A stretch of 64,000 nt of DNA, taken from NCBI RefSeq assembly GCF_009914755.1, contig NC_060936.1; one strand, given 5' to 3'. Below, piece by piece: positions 15,786 through 33,310 of the stretch (within the stretch, counting starts at the first letter, position 1; every line of letters begins with the position of its first letter). The notes beneath the pieces were generated by a model. It was not told the DNA's origin. It did not search any database and saw nothing but the letters and a program-made list of their open reading frames with translations. A program made the translations under genes and the position numbers. This stretch comes from the human T2T-CHM13v2.0 reference genome, Homo sapiens.

Positions 15786-16075
15786 GGCTGGGCGCGGTGG
15801 CTCACATCTGTAATCCCAGCACTTTGAGAGGCCGAGGCGGGCAGATCACTTGAGGTTAGAAGTTCGATACCAGCCTGGCCAACATGGTGAAACCCAATCT
15901 CTACTAAAAATACAAAAATTAGCCGAGTGTGGTGGCGCATGCCTGTAATCCTAGCTACTTGGGAGGCTGAGGCAGGAGAATCGCTTGAACCCGGGAGGTG
16001 AAGCTTTCAGTGAGCCGAGATTGTGCCATTACACTCCAGCCTGGGCAACAGAGCGAGACTGTGTCTCAAAATGAA
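15786..16075 (+). mobile_element. Alu (AluS-like)
   Basis: GGCTGGGCGCGGTGGCTCAC start; TSD CCATAAAGACA. Confidence 0.93.
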
Positions 16076-17599
16076 AACCCATAAAGACAGCCAAAAAGCT
16101 CCTCTATGCCACTTCCCATACTTCTTGTTTAGACTTGCAAGAAAAGTGGATATATAGAAATGAGGTTAGTTTGCTAGTATCCTGGAGGACAGGGTTTGGC
16201 TCTATTGTTGGTATCAGTGTTACTATACTGAGAGTGGTCGGTTAACAGTAAAGTTATTCGTGGGATAGGATATGTTGAAAGAATCTCAATGTAAAGTTTT
16301 TTTTTTTATAGAATTAATCATTGTAGAGCAACCATCATTAGTCCTTTATTAAAGACTTCAGTTGATCAGGTTTTCGTAGTTCCCTTGGATAACCAGTTTT
16401 TAATCCTGTAAGATCCACAGTTCAGGGTCCTTCTTTACTTATAGAAAACCTGTGTGTGTAGCTTCCATCTATACCTTTTTGAAATTAATGATGTTTCTGA
16501 TTGAGTTTGGAAATAACAAAAGATTCTGCTTACGTGATTATGAAGACTTGATTGACTAAACACCCAAACGGGGGAGGACTAGGTCTCCTAATAAATTTCA
16601 GCTGGGTTTTGCCAAGGAGCAATTTGTTGATAGGTCAAACCTTGACTAAGCGGAATGTATGATTAAGGAGATTTTTCTCCTTGCACGTAATTGTCAGAAT
16701 AGAGAGATTACATCAACAACAGCAGCAGCAGCAGCAACATCAAAATAAGCCCGAAATTATTCTAGGGTAGCTGCAGGAATTCTCTGTGGGAATCAACAGT
16801 AGGAGTTCTCCTCTGCTTGCACCTGTAGGTTGTCATCATCCTCAGAGTTAATGATCCTGAGGCTCAGGAAGATCATACTATTCTATTAAGCCAGAAAAGG
16901 AGGTGTAAATGTTAGAATGATTCCCTAACACTAAAAGTTAACAATATTTCTCTGGTTAACGCTCATTGAACTGGAAATGTCACTTCCCCTCTTCATCCCC
17001 TTATTGGAGTTTGGAAGGCTCGCCTTTAGAGGCTCAGATGCAAATCCTTGTTGGAGTTGATTCACAGATGAAAGGGCTATGCCCTGGAAGGTGAGGAGTG
17101 TGTATGCGCCTTTACGGATGTGGGCTGCAAGAGGGAGGTCTGTGTCTGAGAGAATGGGACAATAGGTGACTTCAGTTGGTGCTGCTCCTCTTTGCAGAGT
17201 CACTACCCATGTAGGATTGAAGCCCTGGTTCTGTGAGAGGGTAGGAGCATAAGTGAATGTTTACTAACCGTCTCCACCCTTGAAGAATCATTGTTTCACA
17301 ACGAGAAGTCAGGAGAGAACCTAGATTTATTACAGAATTTGCAGGAAAGAAGAAAGCATAGATTCCTGATCACCTCAGCACATCCCATTATGAACATACA
17401 GAGAGGGGACCAAACCATTTAGTATTATCTTTGGGACTGTGTGTGAGGTGCAGTACCTCAGTTTCCTTGTATGATCTTGAAACCCTCTGGCAACTAGAAT
17501 TCGTGAGCACTGGGAGGCAATTTATTTCTGCTAACATTCCTGTAGATTTTTTCAAGCCCCAGCTACTGATCATTTAGACCAGAGGGCATTGGATGGTTT

Positions 17600-17770
17600 C
17601 TTTTCTTTTTTTCTTTTAGAGACAGCATCTTGCTCTGTCACCCAGGCCGGAGTGCAGTGGCACAATCATAGCTCACTGCAGCCTCGAGCTCCTGGGCTCA
17701 CGTGATCTTCCCACCTCAGCCTCCCTCTGTAATCCACTGGGATTACAGGCTTGAGCCACTACACCCAGCT
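17600..17770 (-). mobile_element. Alu monomer / partial Alu
   Basis: GAGACAGCATCTTGCTCTGTCACCCAGGCCGGAGTGCAGTGG. Confidence 0.8.
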
Positions 17771-18350
17771 CTTCTTTTCTTTTTTGAAAAAGCAGTTTAG
17801 AACAAATGCCTTGAAATGCTCCAAGTGACACCCGAGTGAGGGTTAGAACTGATTAAACTCCGGGCAGAGAGATGTTATCATATCTTTGCTGCATGCATAG
17901 CCCAGTGCAAAAATGCCCATAGATGGACTGACTTCATCTTAGATAGTTGAGGCAAAAACAGAAGAGCCAGTCAGCCACTTGGCGTTTCTGTCCTCACTTA
18001 ATTCACCCCTTTAGTTGCTGTACCATTAATTCTCGATGCTGGATTGGTGACAAATGAAGTAATCTGAAGAGTGTTAAAATTTTCTTTAAGTGTATTACTT
18101 TAATGACAAAACTATATGCTGCTTGAAGACATCTTGAATCAGATGACCCAAGTGTACTGTGAATTCTCAAAGGATTGGGGGTCACGGCTCTCAAATAAGC
18201 TCGTTGCCCTGCTTTGATTTCAATCAGAGCTGAACCACAAGAACAGCATCTTCCTTCAGCCTCTGCCACATCCTTTGTGTGTTTTTTTTAAACCTAAATA
18301 TTAAAGCCTAGTAGTTTGTCTTTCAGAAAGGAGAAACTTTAAAACCTTGA

Positions 18351-18718
<368 letters not shown>

Positions 18719-20167
18719 ATTTTCTTTCACAAGGGAAAAAAAAGATCCTCTAAAGCAGGATCTGGCTGTTATTTTGTACAGTTAATATATTCACGCTGAA
18801 CAATTATTGGAAGAGCAGGTAGAGTAATAAGTTGTATATGACATTTCAAAAAGGGACTGCCCAAGCCAGTGGATGGCAGATGCCCATGTGGGAATTAAGG
18901 GCAGCGAGGATGCTTTGGGGTACAGATTGATGTTTGATGTTAATGCCACCAACAGCCAGTCTCTTCCATCAGATGCTTTTGGTGGTCTTTGCATAACACC
19001 ATTCTCTGGACATGAATGAATGAACGGTTGGTCTGCCCCTCGATGACAGTTTTAATGTTATTTTGCTCATTTATTCAGTGCATCTTGATGGTTAATTTAA
19101 AAATCTATTTGAAATATGAGGCATTATGAGAAGACTGTTAAGTTTTGAAATCACTCACTGTCTTATTTTTGCAAGTTTTGGAAATAACAGTACCCACCAG
19201 GAACACCAAGCTGTTTTAAAATGTGTTCCACTTACAGTTGTTTGTCTACAAGTCGGGTTTGGTTTAAACAGACATTGAATGAGAGGTGAGAGGGCTGTGC
19301 TTGTACTTTTACCTTAACACCACTGTGTTTTTACTTCCTGTTAAAATTAACTTTATTAGAGGTGCTGTATACTTAGAATCCCTCTGCATTTGGCACCATA
19401 ACCATCATATGCAGCTAGACTTGATGTCCATTGTACAAAAATGTGAGCGAGACATAGGCATGTGGGGAGGGTAAAGCTATTCAAGGGCTAGTGACTACCT
19501 TTGTGACTTCAGATGCAGTTAAAATCCCACACACATGTCCACCACATGAGCAGGTGATGATATGTTGAAGACTGCAGAGTCACTGTTTTTTATAGTTCTC
19601 TTCCAAAGCGAATGTATTACCATACCAGATTTATGTATAAATGTTTATGCCTGGAATTTGCATTTCCTAAACCATGAAAGAGTTTTGTTGAGAAGAGCAC
19701 GAAGGAAAAACAGTGAAACTAACCAGTTCCTTGCTTCAGGAACCACCTCTGTAAGGCAGCTCTTTGTGCTTCTCAAAAACCTCTAAAGATGTTGATGGTG
19801 ATCCCTCGGTCATGAATACCAGTAACTCATAACCATTTTTGCAAGAATACTGTATAGAGTGGGACCCAAAGACTGGGTAATGTCAGTATTATCCAACTAA
19901 ACCTTGACATGTTTTGGCAAATGTTAAACTTCAGAAAAAGAAAGAAAAGATGAATAATGCAATTAACCCTTTGTATAATAAATTATCAGCAATTCAAATA
20001 TGCTGTAAAGTGTTAACACTGATTGTATCCTCTAAATAGTGTCTAGCTCAGCCAACTGTTATCCTTTGCCATATCTGTGTACCATTTAAAAGAGGGATTA
20101 AAAATAGTTTCAGTGGATTTACTCTACGAAGGGAGAAAGGTAACTTTTCCAGGTAGGCTGATGTTAG

Positions 20168-20478
<311 letters not shown>

Positions 20479-22685
20479 AGAGGGCAGGTTTTTTTAGTGA
20501 CTTAACCATCCAGAAATGATTAAGTTTACTTTGTTATTTTAAATTCTATAGAGAAGATAAGAAAGTTCCCAGTTTTCCTGAGAAGAGCATGCAATGGCGT
20601 CTCTCCTTCTCCAGGCCACTGCCAGGGCTTTCTGTGAAGGAGCTGGAAGGGAGAGGGTCAAGAGTTCTTGTTGCTTCATCCAGTTCCCAAGAAAATTATA
20701 GCCTGATGTGTCATGCATTGTGAGAAGCAGGCACTGGTGAGGAGAGACGAGTTTTGGTGGAGGCAGTAAATGAAGTGCAACCAGATTTAAATGACCTCCA
20801 AGGAGCCTATGAGATGCACTGTGGCCTTGGTAGGACAGGGGAGCAGAAGTCATGCTCACACCAGAGGGAGTTTTGCAGGGACTGGAGAAAGGAGCTGCAA
20901 GGGGAGGAAGAGGCTCTATAACTCTCTCCAAGATAGAACCAGGGAGGTAGAATGGCTGTGCAGATGTTGGAGGTCCCGGGCCAGGTGCAGCTGGGCCAGG
21001 GAAAGGGGAAGGTGCACAGATGGTTGGGCACCTCTCTGCCAGGAAACACTCATTGCTGCATCAGGACTGGGGTGCCCAGCACAGCTGTGCAGACTTCCCG
21101 GTCCCCAGGATCCCTTGGGGATCCTTCTGAGAGGAAGGGGTGATGTCACAGCCCACACCTGACCCCACCTGGGACCCCTTCCTCCCCAGGGTTGCACCAT
21201 CCTTCCTGACCCTGCCGTGGTGCAGCGTGTGTGCACACGTGCAAAACAGAGACAGGGCAGACGTGATGTTAAAGGCCATTTGTAAGCACAACAGATTGCA
21301 GGATGCCATCGATGCAAAAAGAGTTTGAGAGAGGAGCTAACACATGAGATTTTCTTTTATTAAACATATTTTATCTTGCTTTTTTTTTTGTAATGTTTCC
21401 ACTGGGTGGTGCTGCAGGAATTCCTACCTTTTGCCTTGGATCTACCCTTCCCAGAAAGACGCCTCTAAAGCATAATAGGAGGAAGTCCTGATTTAGAAAG
21501 ATTTTACAGTTTCAACACAATAGAAGAGTTGGAGGATGCTCTGGCAGGAAATGTTTCAGTTTCTGGATGTGGAAAAACCGCCATCATTTTGTATCCATGC
21601 AAAAAGGTTCTCATTGCACTGGGTAAATACTTTCGACTTTCATCAGCTTCTTCTTTAGCACAGAAAATCTTTCAAGTTTATCAGAAAGATTAGGGTTTCA
21701 TTCTAGTGGAAGTGGTCTGTAAGATTTCCTTTATTTTGATTTTTGTAACACCATCTTAAAGTAAGTAAATAAACATTTTCTTACATTGACAACCATAGAT
21801 TTAAGAAAATACTTCTGTCAAGGCTGTCTTTAAAGCTGAAGACATTGTTCCATCCTTATTATAAAGATCATTTATACAGTGTACTGATCAAAAGGATTAC
21901 ATATTTTTACTTTCAAATACTTTCAAGAAGTCTTTTAGTTTGATAGTATGTAAAGGATAAGACTGACTTTACCCCTTCTACAGAGGAGAAGGTTGAAATA
22001 CAGAAGTTAACATCCCTGCTGTAGCTCACACGACTTTTTCTCCTTTTTTTTTTTTTTCCTACATTTGACCAAGGCACAGAAGATCACACAACTTTTTAAG
22101 GTTTTGGCTGCAATGAGGATTTGTTTATCTTGACCTCCCCCAACTTTTTTTCTGTTGTACACAGGATTGAATTGTATTGATATTAATAGTACAAAAATTT
22201 GGGGAAAAGATTTTCCATTCAAGCAAAGGCCTCTGAAACATAAGAATCAAAAGTAGTATGAGGGTCGGGGGGCCAGATGCCCACTGGGGATTTGAGAGCT
22301 CATTAATTTAAAGCTCAAACTGAAAGACAGTTTGTAAGATCCTAGTAAGTTTCACTGACTGCGGAACAGCCTGTTTTTTTCGGGGCATGTTGTGGTCCTC
22401 CATGAAATCCTAAACACTGCTTTCTTAGAACCTGAAACAGGCTTCCCTAGAGGTGTTTCTTTTTAAAGGAAAGTTTTGGAGGCACTGCTGGGTACTAGGG
22501 ACCTTGCCAGATCCTGTCATGCACGGTTTCCCTGGGATTCCAGCCTGTCCCTATTCACACTTGAAGTGCTTCTCATGATTCGTTTCGTGATGTGAGGTGC
22601 ATGCATGTTTGGGGCCCCTCTTGGGCTAGGCTAGCTCACTTCTGTTTCCTCTGACTTTCATCCTGTTCCACCGCCCTGCGCGCGG

Positions 22686-22688
<3 letters not shown>

Positions 22689-22730
<42 letters not shown>
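22689..22730. repeat. (CA)21 microsatellite preceded by TGCGCGCGGGCG
   Basis: Direct reading. Confidence 0.97.
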
Positions 22731-22733
<3 letters not shown>

Positions 22734-23109
22734 CGAGTGGGAGGTCCAGGGGCACCGACTTCCAGAACACGCAGCTTCTCAACGGCCCACTTGTATCGAG
22801 AGCCACCCTTGCTTATTTAGTGTTGGGTGAACCTTGAACCTATTTAAACCACGATACAGATCTTTGAAAGGAGGGCACTGGTTAACAAAATGGTGGATGG
22901 GGTGGATTCAAAGATTCTTTCTTGAAACAACCCAACTGGAGCAGCTGGAGACACAGATGAGGCAACACCAGAAATGAACAAGGAAATGTCCTGATTTGAT
23001 TCCTAGTAGGAATGTATTTCCCACGCATTACAATGAGACGTTTCCCTTAGCAGCAGTGAAGTGTGCATATGAGAAAAGAAGCCTCTACTGGGGGCATATG
23101 CGCGTTGAT

Positions 23110-23310
23110 TAAGAACCTGGACTTTGGAGCCAGATGCCCCTGGATATGAGGCTCTGTTGGCCCATTTTACCCATGTGGCCATGAGTGTCTTATTTCACCT
23201 TTCGAAGTCATAGTTCCTCGTGGGCACAGCCAACTGAGAGTATTAAATTTAGACAGCATGTATAAAGCACTCAGCACAATTCCTGGTACATAGTAAGTGG
23301 TCATCAAATT
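23110..23310 (+). mobile_element. MIR
   Basis: TTAAGAACCTGGACTTTGGAGCCAGA...TGTATAAAGCACTCAGCACAATTCCTGGTACATAGTAAGTG. Confidence 0.7.
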
Positions 23311-23618
23311 TAATTGCACTAAAAAGAAAAGCTCCTATTTAATAAAGTAATGGATTTCTTTAGGTATGGGCGCTGTTCTTCAGAATTCCATGGGATCTCA
23401 GCATTGCTGGTGGTGGAGGATATATTAATAGCTAACGTTTTCTTAGAACAGTGCTCTTAATTTGAAATTTATAAGTTATTTTTAGAGTTTTATAAATCCT
23501 GGTGAAATTATGTGTATTTTGTATAGCTGTATATTTTTCCTAGAGAATTTTAGATTGTCAGAAAGGTCCATGGACCAAATATGTGAAGAGGAAACTGCCC
23601 TGGGGATGTCATTGTGTG

Positions 23619-23620
<2 letters not shown>

Positions 23621-23654
<34 letters not shown>
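23621..23654. repeat. (GT)17 microsatellite
   Basis: Direct reading. Confidence 0.97.
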
Positions 23655-23656
<2 letters not shown>

Positions 23657-23680
23657 CAGTTTTATGTATGTGAATATATT

Positions 23681-23759
23681 TTAGGTTGAATATATGAGAT
23701 TGCTGGTATTTAACTAGTTTTGATCTCTAAAAAGAATAATTTCTTACAGTTCAACTTAA
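23681..23759. mobile_element. MADE2-like mariner MITE (~80 bp)
   Basis: TTAGGTTGAA...ATGAGATTGC / AATTTC...GTTCAACTTAA terminal inverted repeats. Confidence 0.7.
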
Positions 23760-25728
23760 TAGTTGTGATATTATGAAACAATTTGAAATATATCACAATG
23801 TGATATTTATAATGAAATATGATTGTAGCTTATTTTTGTACGTTATTTATCAAAGCCTAGCAAGTTAAAATTCATCAGGCAGCCTTGGACCACTAGTAAC
23901 CATATTTACCTAAAATAACTTGTGCTTTTCCATTGACCTTAATCACAGGAAATACAAAATAAAAACTTTTCTGTGTCCAGTATTATGAAACAGTCTTTAA
24001 TTTTCATTGTGGATTTATTAATAGCTTTATTACATCTAATGAATCATTTTTCTGATCCAAATGACTACTGTTTAGGAGAATCTGCTTAGTATTTTTTCCC
24101 TGTTGAATTCACAATGTTAATTACTTTGGGGAGGAACAAAAATTCTGAGTTTTCTTGGGCGATAAGAACCTCAGTGTTGTTTCAGAAGGCAGAGTTGGGC
24201 TGCAGTACTGAAGGTTAAAACAGAGCTAAAACACAAGACAAAATGAAACCAGAGCTGCAGTGACAAAGTGGGACAGATGTAGGAGGCCAGGTTTCCTGTG
24301 GCCCATTTTCCAGTTTCCTGCCTGCAACCTGCAGAAGAAGAGGAAGCTGAATGTTACCAAGTATGAGAACTGCGGGACGTGCTTCAAGCTAGAATTAAGA
24401 GAATGCAAACAACACAGGCAACAAAAACAATTGCAAAGAAAGTGAATGTTCAGGTTTTAGTCCAAAAATGTCTGGGAAGGAACAGCCCATCTGTTTAAAG
24501 AAAAAGCATTGTCAGCAGAGCTTGTCCTTCCATGTGAGACTCTGAGGGGGCCTAGGGACTGCCTCAGGTTGTAGGAACCTCTGTTTTTTATAGCCCCACT
24601 CATCTTTCAAGACATGGTCTGCTGTTTTAATACAGAAGGTTACCTGAAAAGATTTTCCCTGCAATTCCCAGGACTTCTAAATCTGTTTCCTGGGGATGTT
24701 GTTATAGGGGGGAGGTGGATGTGGTTAACCAAGCAGCTCTAATGAACGGCAGCCTCAATTTGGGAAGGCCGGGTGACCAGTTGGCTGCTTTGATCTAGGA
24801 GGCTTATATTCCTTTAACCACCCAATAAAATTTTTGTCTGATGTTTTCAAAGAAGAGATTAAATGAAGATGTGTGTGTGTTGAAGACTGCATAGTGCACA
24901 CTCTGTGTGGCTACCGGTGAGCCACGTGGCGGGATACAGGACTCAAAGAAGATCACACTGGAGAAGGGAGTGAGTTCATCTTTCTCGCGGGGGAGGGGGA
25001 AGCAAAATAAAATTATTTTTTCTAGGCTCTTTAGCTCATTTTGGAAGAGTCTGTGAAGTCAGATCTTACAATACCCATCTTAGAGAAATCGAGAGCCAAA
25101 GAAATTGTGATTCATTACACACCTTTTAATTGAGTACCTATTGTTTGTCAGGGGCTGTGTTGGAAGTGCTGGGTAATGCAAGTGAAATGATGGCTAAAAA
25201 TAAATAGCTGTTTATGTGTTGTGGAAGGCTTCATATAAGGCATATACGAAGGGGGCATAGAAACCTTGTTGAAGGTTTAAAACATATATAAGCCTTTGGC
25301 GCAATGCCATGCTTTTTCCACACACCATCTCATTTAAATTGCCTTGCTGCTTTGTGCTACAGAGAAATAGGGTGTGCTTCTGGGACAATCAGTTATTTCT
25401 TTACCCTGCAGATTGACCACCTCTTCTTCTCTAAGCCCAGAAAGAACAAACTCTATACCAGGAATCTTAAAAAGTTTTGGACTGTTAGGGATCAAGAGGT
25501 ACCCACACGAGGCAGCCTTGGATGGAAATAGGCCCTTTTCTGTCTTACTGTGGGCCCGCTCTGAAAATGTAGGATAACATAGGGCTGGGTTGTATGGTGG
25601 TTATTAGGGTGGGGTGCGGTGAATTCTGTGGGAAAAAGTCGAATGGTTGTAAGACATTTTCTCAGCCAGTGTTAACGAAGCCATCATTTACTACTCACCC
25701 ATATAAAAGTCACTGACAAACCAATTGA

Positions 25729-26129
<401 letters not shown>

Positions 26130-26176
26130 ACATGTAATCCGTTCATTAAAAACCCAGTAATCCTTGCATTGTGCTA

Positions 26177-26785
<609 letters not shown>

Positions 26786-27486
26786 TTAAATGTCCTTTGA
26801 AAATAAATTTAATAGTCTTCCAACTCACAGAAATAATAAAAAACTTCAGAACTTGTATAAGTTTTTTTTTCAAATATTATCCTTATTTACTTAATACCTT
26901 ACACTTACTCTGTGCTGAGTTATTGCAGATCCCTAATAATATAAAATGTTGTCTTCCAGTTCTTTGACTGAGGTACAGGGTTCATTTTCTATAATGAAAT
27001 GGCTACTACCCTTTGTCTTAGACAATGATAGTATCATGACATGGAAATGCATAGCAGATACTGGCAGAGGAGTTGAACTCAGCAGAATTTTCAGTAAGAA
27101 GTGTTCAAATCCATCTTCATTTCTCTAACCATGCAAAATTTAACAAACGAAAAAAGACATGGGTACCTCATGAGCACCTATTTTGTTTATTCCTTACCCA
27201 GAAGTTTTTCTCCTTTTCTTGGGCTCTCATTGCCTTTTTTTTTTTTTTAAGTTGCCTCGTTTCTTATTTCCCACCACATAGAAGCTTAAGAAAATCAAAG
27301 CTAATTCTGCCCCCTCAACTCCCACCTCAGTAAAAATGAAACAAGGAACATGCAAAGGGAAGTGCTAGGTTGCCATCAGTAGAAAGAAGAACAAATAAGT
27401 GGGCATTTCGACTTCTAAGAATGGAGGCAAAAACCTCATACTTTGCATAAGGGGTCTGTGCGGCCCTTGCTCACATTAAGACGTCG

Positions 27487-27503
27487 GGCGCCACCTTGTG
27501 GCC
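27487..27503 (-). promoter_or_regulatory. Candidate CTCF site
   Basis: Reverse complement GGCCACAAGGTGGCGCC closely matches the CTCF core CCASYAGRKGGCRS and sits in a locally CpG-retaining patch. Confidence 0.6.
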
Positions 27504-27685
27504 GACAGGAAGGAGGTCAGCTTCCAAGAAGAGGCCAGTAGCTTTTCGGTGACAGAGGCAGGAGGCAGCTGGGACACCTGAAGCTGGGATCGTGTCATGT
27601 GACCTGACAGCTCTCACGTAGGCGGAGGCGGGCACAGCGTAATGAGAATGATCAATATTTCTGTCAATAGCATCTTTCTTTTTGA

Positions 27686-28061
<376 letters not shown>

Positions 28062-28799
28062 TCAAAACTGTTTTCATAACTGCATTCTTTAAGTGCAAAA
28101 AGCTGAAAACAGAATAAGGGCAGAAAATAATCACTCAGAGTCTGCAAAAATGTCCCTCCCCTCTGTGCCAGAGGTCAAGCGTTTTACTCTCGGCCTCTCT
28201 ACTCTGTGTCTTTTGCCCTGACCAGCCCGTGAATGCCCTCCTGTAGGGCCCCATCTGCAGCGGCTATGAGCGGTGTTGTCATCATTGTCCCTTGGCTTGT
28301 CATTTAGAACATCTTTCTTTCTTCGCTATCTGACCCAACAGCTCTCATGTACTTGACTCTCCTTCCTGCTCCAGAGAAACCACATAGATGGGAGCCGAAT
28401 GTACCCCAGGGAAGGAGAGAGCCCCAGGGACCCTCTTTGCTGAGGTCACACAGCTTGGAGGCCTCAGGGTCAGCATTTAAACCAGTGTTTGTTAAGCTGG
28501 AGTCGGAGAATCAGTGCCCTAGCATCTGAGTTTTCTGCAAGCATTTACGATTTTTTGTGCTTTCATATTTGATGATAGACTACAAAACAGAAGCATACTC
28601 CAAGTCACCTTATAAACCACAGTCGCCATGTGGCTGAAGAGTCTCCCTGGATTTCAGTGCCTGTGTGGGGCTCATTGCCTAATGGACAAAGAGCCCAGGT
28701 GGGTGCTGTAGCTACACAATGCCTTCTAGCCTGGTGAAGGCCATGTGACTCCACAGCAAGCTCTGTGAGGAGGATTCCCTGTAGCTTAAAAGGTAATTG

Positions 28800-29040
28800 T
28801 AGTTAACATTTAAATAGCACTTACTTTGCCCCAGGTGTAGTTTAAGTGCATTATTAGTAACTTCTGTAACTCTTACAACAACCCTGTATGATATGATACT
28901 TTTATCATATCAGTCCCATTTTACCTATGAGGATACTGAGGCACAGAAAGGTTAAGTAACTTCCCCAAAGTCCCACAACCAGACAGGACGAGTCTTTGCT
29001 GTTGAACCCAGAGAGTCAGGTGCCAGAATCTGCGCTTACC
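28800..29040 (-). mobile_element. MIR
   Basis: CCCATTTTACCTATGAGGATACTGAGGCACAGAAAGGTTAAGTAACTT core. Confidence 0.75.
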
Positions 29041-29100
29041 TTCCAAATAGACAAAAGTGCTTCACTAGCACCTGCTTTGAGTTATAGAAAATAGCTAAAC

Positions 29101-29396
<296 letters not shown>

Positions 29397-29759
29397 TCAG
29401 TGAAAAACTGCATTCTTGACTCTAGAGAAGACTCCCTCCGGATGATGTGATTCTGATTTTTTGGAAGGTATTTTACAACGTTGTTGACTATAGGTAACTG
29501 ATCATGAAATAATTCTCGTCTATAGACAGCCAAATTCTGTCTTACAGAGTGCCATTGACTCCCACCCCTAGTTTTGCCTCCATTTAAGCATTTATTTCAA
29601 TGTTCTTCTTCTATAAATGCCTCTATTATTCAGATGCTTTTTTGAACTCATTATAACGTCTGCCTGGTTCCCTACTGAATTATGAGTGAAATAAAATCTC
29701 GAACGTGTTCATTTTGATATCTGTATGAGAGCCATGATTTAACCCTCTTTTGAAAATTA

Positions 29760-30092
<333 letters not shown>

Positions 30093-30559
30093 TCAACACT
30101 GAGAACGAAAATCACTTTTCCTCCTCCTCCTTTAAAGGAGGTATGCATATGATTCACGTTTGACAAGCTGCTCTAAATCATCTAACTTCACTCTACCATG
30201 GCAGATCACAGCTCTGCATTACAAAGGGAAAGGAGTTGGGGCAAGTAACAGGTGGTTTTGCCCTCTGGAGTAGGAGTGGGTGGACCTCAGCCCCCTGTGA
30301 CCATGGTCCTGGTCAGTGCTGGTAGAAATGGTGAGAGACCAGCCAGAGACGGGAAGGCCCTGCAGGCTGCAAGGTTGAGGTGAGGTCAGAGGAATCCAGA
30401 AAGTATCAGATGTGAAGGGGGCACCTCTTCCTGTAAGAGCAGCAATGCCTTTAAAAGCAGACTGATGGGCCTCAGTATGAAAGCACAGAGTTCGATTCTG
30501 CAAAAAGAATGGCATTAAAATACCTGATAAAATTTTGTACATTCAAAATAAGGTCTGAT

Positions 30560-31076
<517 letters not shown>

Positions 31077-32461
31077 AGATAAGCATTTTCTCATTAGATA
31101 AAGGGAATTTTAAAAAAAAGATTTCTAGCATGCCTTTTATGTGTTCTACATTTTTGAAGCTCAGAGTGGTGGGAAATCAGCTAAGTAAAGTTAGGCAGAT
31201 GAAACATTTTAACTTAGAGCAGGCCTCCATGTGCATAATAATCTATCAAACATAAATCTCAAGTACCACCACTTTTTCAATTGTTGATTTAATAAAAGCC
31301 ACAGTGTACTGTCTGAATTACTCACATTCCTTAAAGTGGCATCCAGATAAATGGGCTTTATTGTACCTGCCTGTTAAGACATTGGACTTCATTAAGGATT
31401 CTAGGTATCAAGGAATTAATTTAGAAAAAAAAATCGTTTAAATTTTTTTTCCGGTGAGAGAGATACTCATATAGATGAGTTTACGAAAATCTGTAGTGTT
31501 AGCGGTTATTGGAAGGGCGTACCTCCCAGCATGATGGTACAAAGTCTGTGTTTTCCAACACCCCAGAGGGCAAAATTTCCAACTGGCAGAGGCGCAGTGG
31601 AATGTACAGTGTGATTGTATGTGAAAATAGTTGTGTAAATTATGAAACTTGATCTCATAGTTAAACTACGTCGAGTGGAACGAAAACAATATGGAGAGCG
31701 CTGTGGCAGCTGGTGGCCCACTGCCCACCTGTCCCCCTACCCAAACCTCTGCCACAGACAACCACGCATTTTCATCATGCAGATGGCTCTGGCCAGAGAG
31801 GATGGTGGGTCCCAGAGCTGCCTGGGGGCTCCACGATACCCCAGAGTGACTTCTGAGCGTAGACAGGAGTGACTGATCTTTGTAGATGCAATGATAAGCT
31901 CACAGGAAAGTAGTTTTTCGACTTAGCTCTGAGTAATGTCTGGCTGCGATTTCCACCGGGAAGGCTACATGACTGCCCAGTCATCGAAACTGGTGGATCC
32001 ACCAGGTTGAAGGAGTGGCTCAAGAGAGCGCGAGAAGAGGAGAACGAGGCCCTCAGCACGGGGCGAGGCTGGGCATGCCTCAGACAGGAGAGGCTGGAGC
32101 CCTTAGTCACCTCCGCCGGAGCAGTGTTGCGCATAGCAACCCCTCTGAGTAATCCTCTGATGATCCCCTGTGCCTGCAGCTGCCACCCAAGCTCTGCAGC
32201 TTGGTTGAACTGTGGGGGCATTTCTGTGATTCCTAGTGAACAGCTCTTGCCTTCTCTAGGCGAGTTCCTTTATTCCAGAAATCTGGGAGGCCCTGAAGCA
32301 GTAGGTCCCCATCCCCACCACTGCTCCTCTGCCTGTTCCCTTTCTACTCTTTCACCTGTCCTTTTTGTCCTTTTTCTTTCTTTCTCTCCTTCTACCTTTG
32401 CCTGAGGTTATGGCCATAGCACCCATGGCTGCCACTTAGCCCATGTGTGGCCTCTGAGTAA

Positions 32462-32819
<358 letters not shown>

Positions 32820-32907
32820 TTTCTCATGATTTTGAACACAAGCTCTAGAGCATAAAGATAACAGCACCCCAGCAAAGGGAGAATTTTTTTTTTAAACAAA
32901 GACATCA

Positions 32908-33310
32908 TGTATTTTAATAGTCAGCTTTTGCTGCAGTGGTGCTGTGTAACCAGTTGCCCCAAGATCACTGGCTTACAGTGGCATTTATTTTTCTCACAAG
33001 TCAGTGTCACGGATGCTGCTTCAGATGATGGGCGGGTGGGGCTTGGCTTCGGACTTTGGGTTGAGTTCAGGTCACCTCCATGTGTCTCATTCTGGGGCAG
33101 CAGCTTCCTGGCAGCATAGCACAGGAGGAAAAGTGCCAACTTATGATGCCTCCAAGACCCCAGCTTGGCAATGGGATGCTGTCACTTTCCCGTGTCAGTC
33201 TCCTGGCCAAATGCAATCACATGGCAAAGCCCCAATGTCAGCACTCCTCCCACAGCCACTCCAGTGCAGGGCTACACAGTCACCTAAGGAGAGGGCAGTT
33301 GAGAACATTT
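32908..33310 (-). mobile_element. Old MLT1-type LTR fragment
   Basis: TAGTCAGCTTTTGCTGC...TGTGTAACCAGTTGCCCCAAGATCACTGGCTTAC...CATTTATTTTTCTCAC. Confidence 0.5.

Noticed and set aside
16714-16739. CAA/CAG triplet run
   Set aside because: Short, interrupted and intronic; not in a coding frame.
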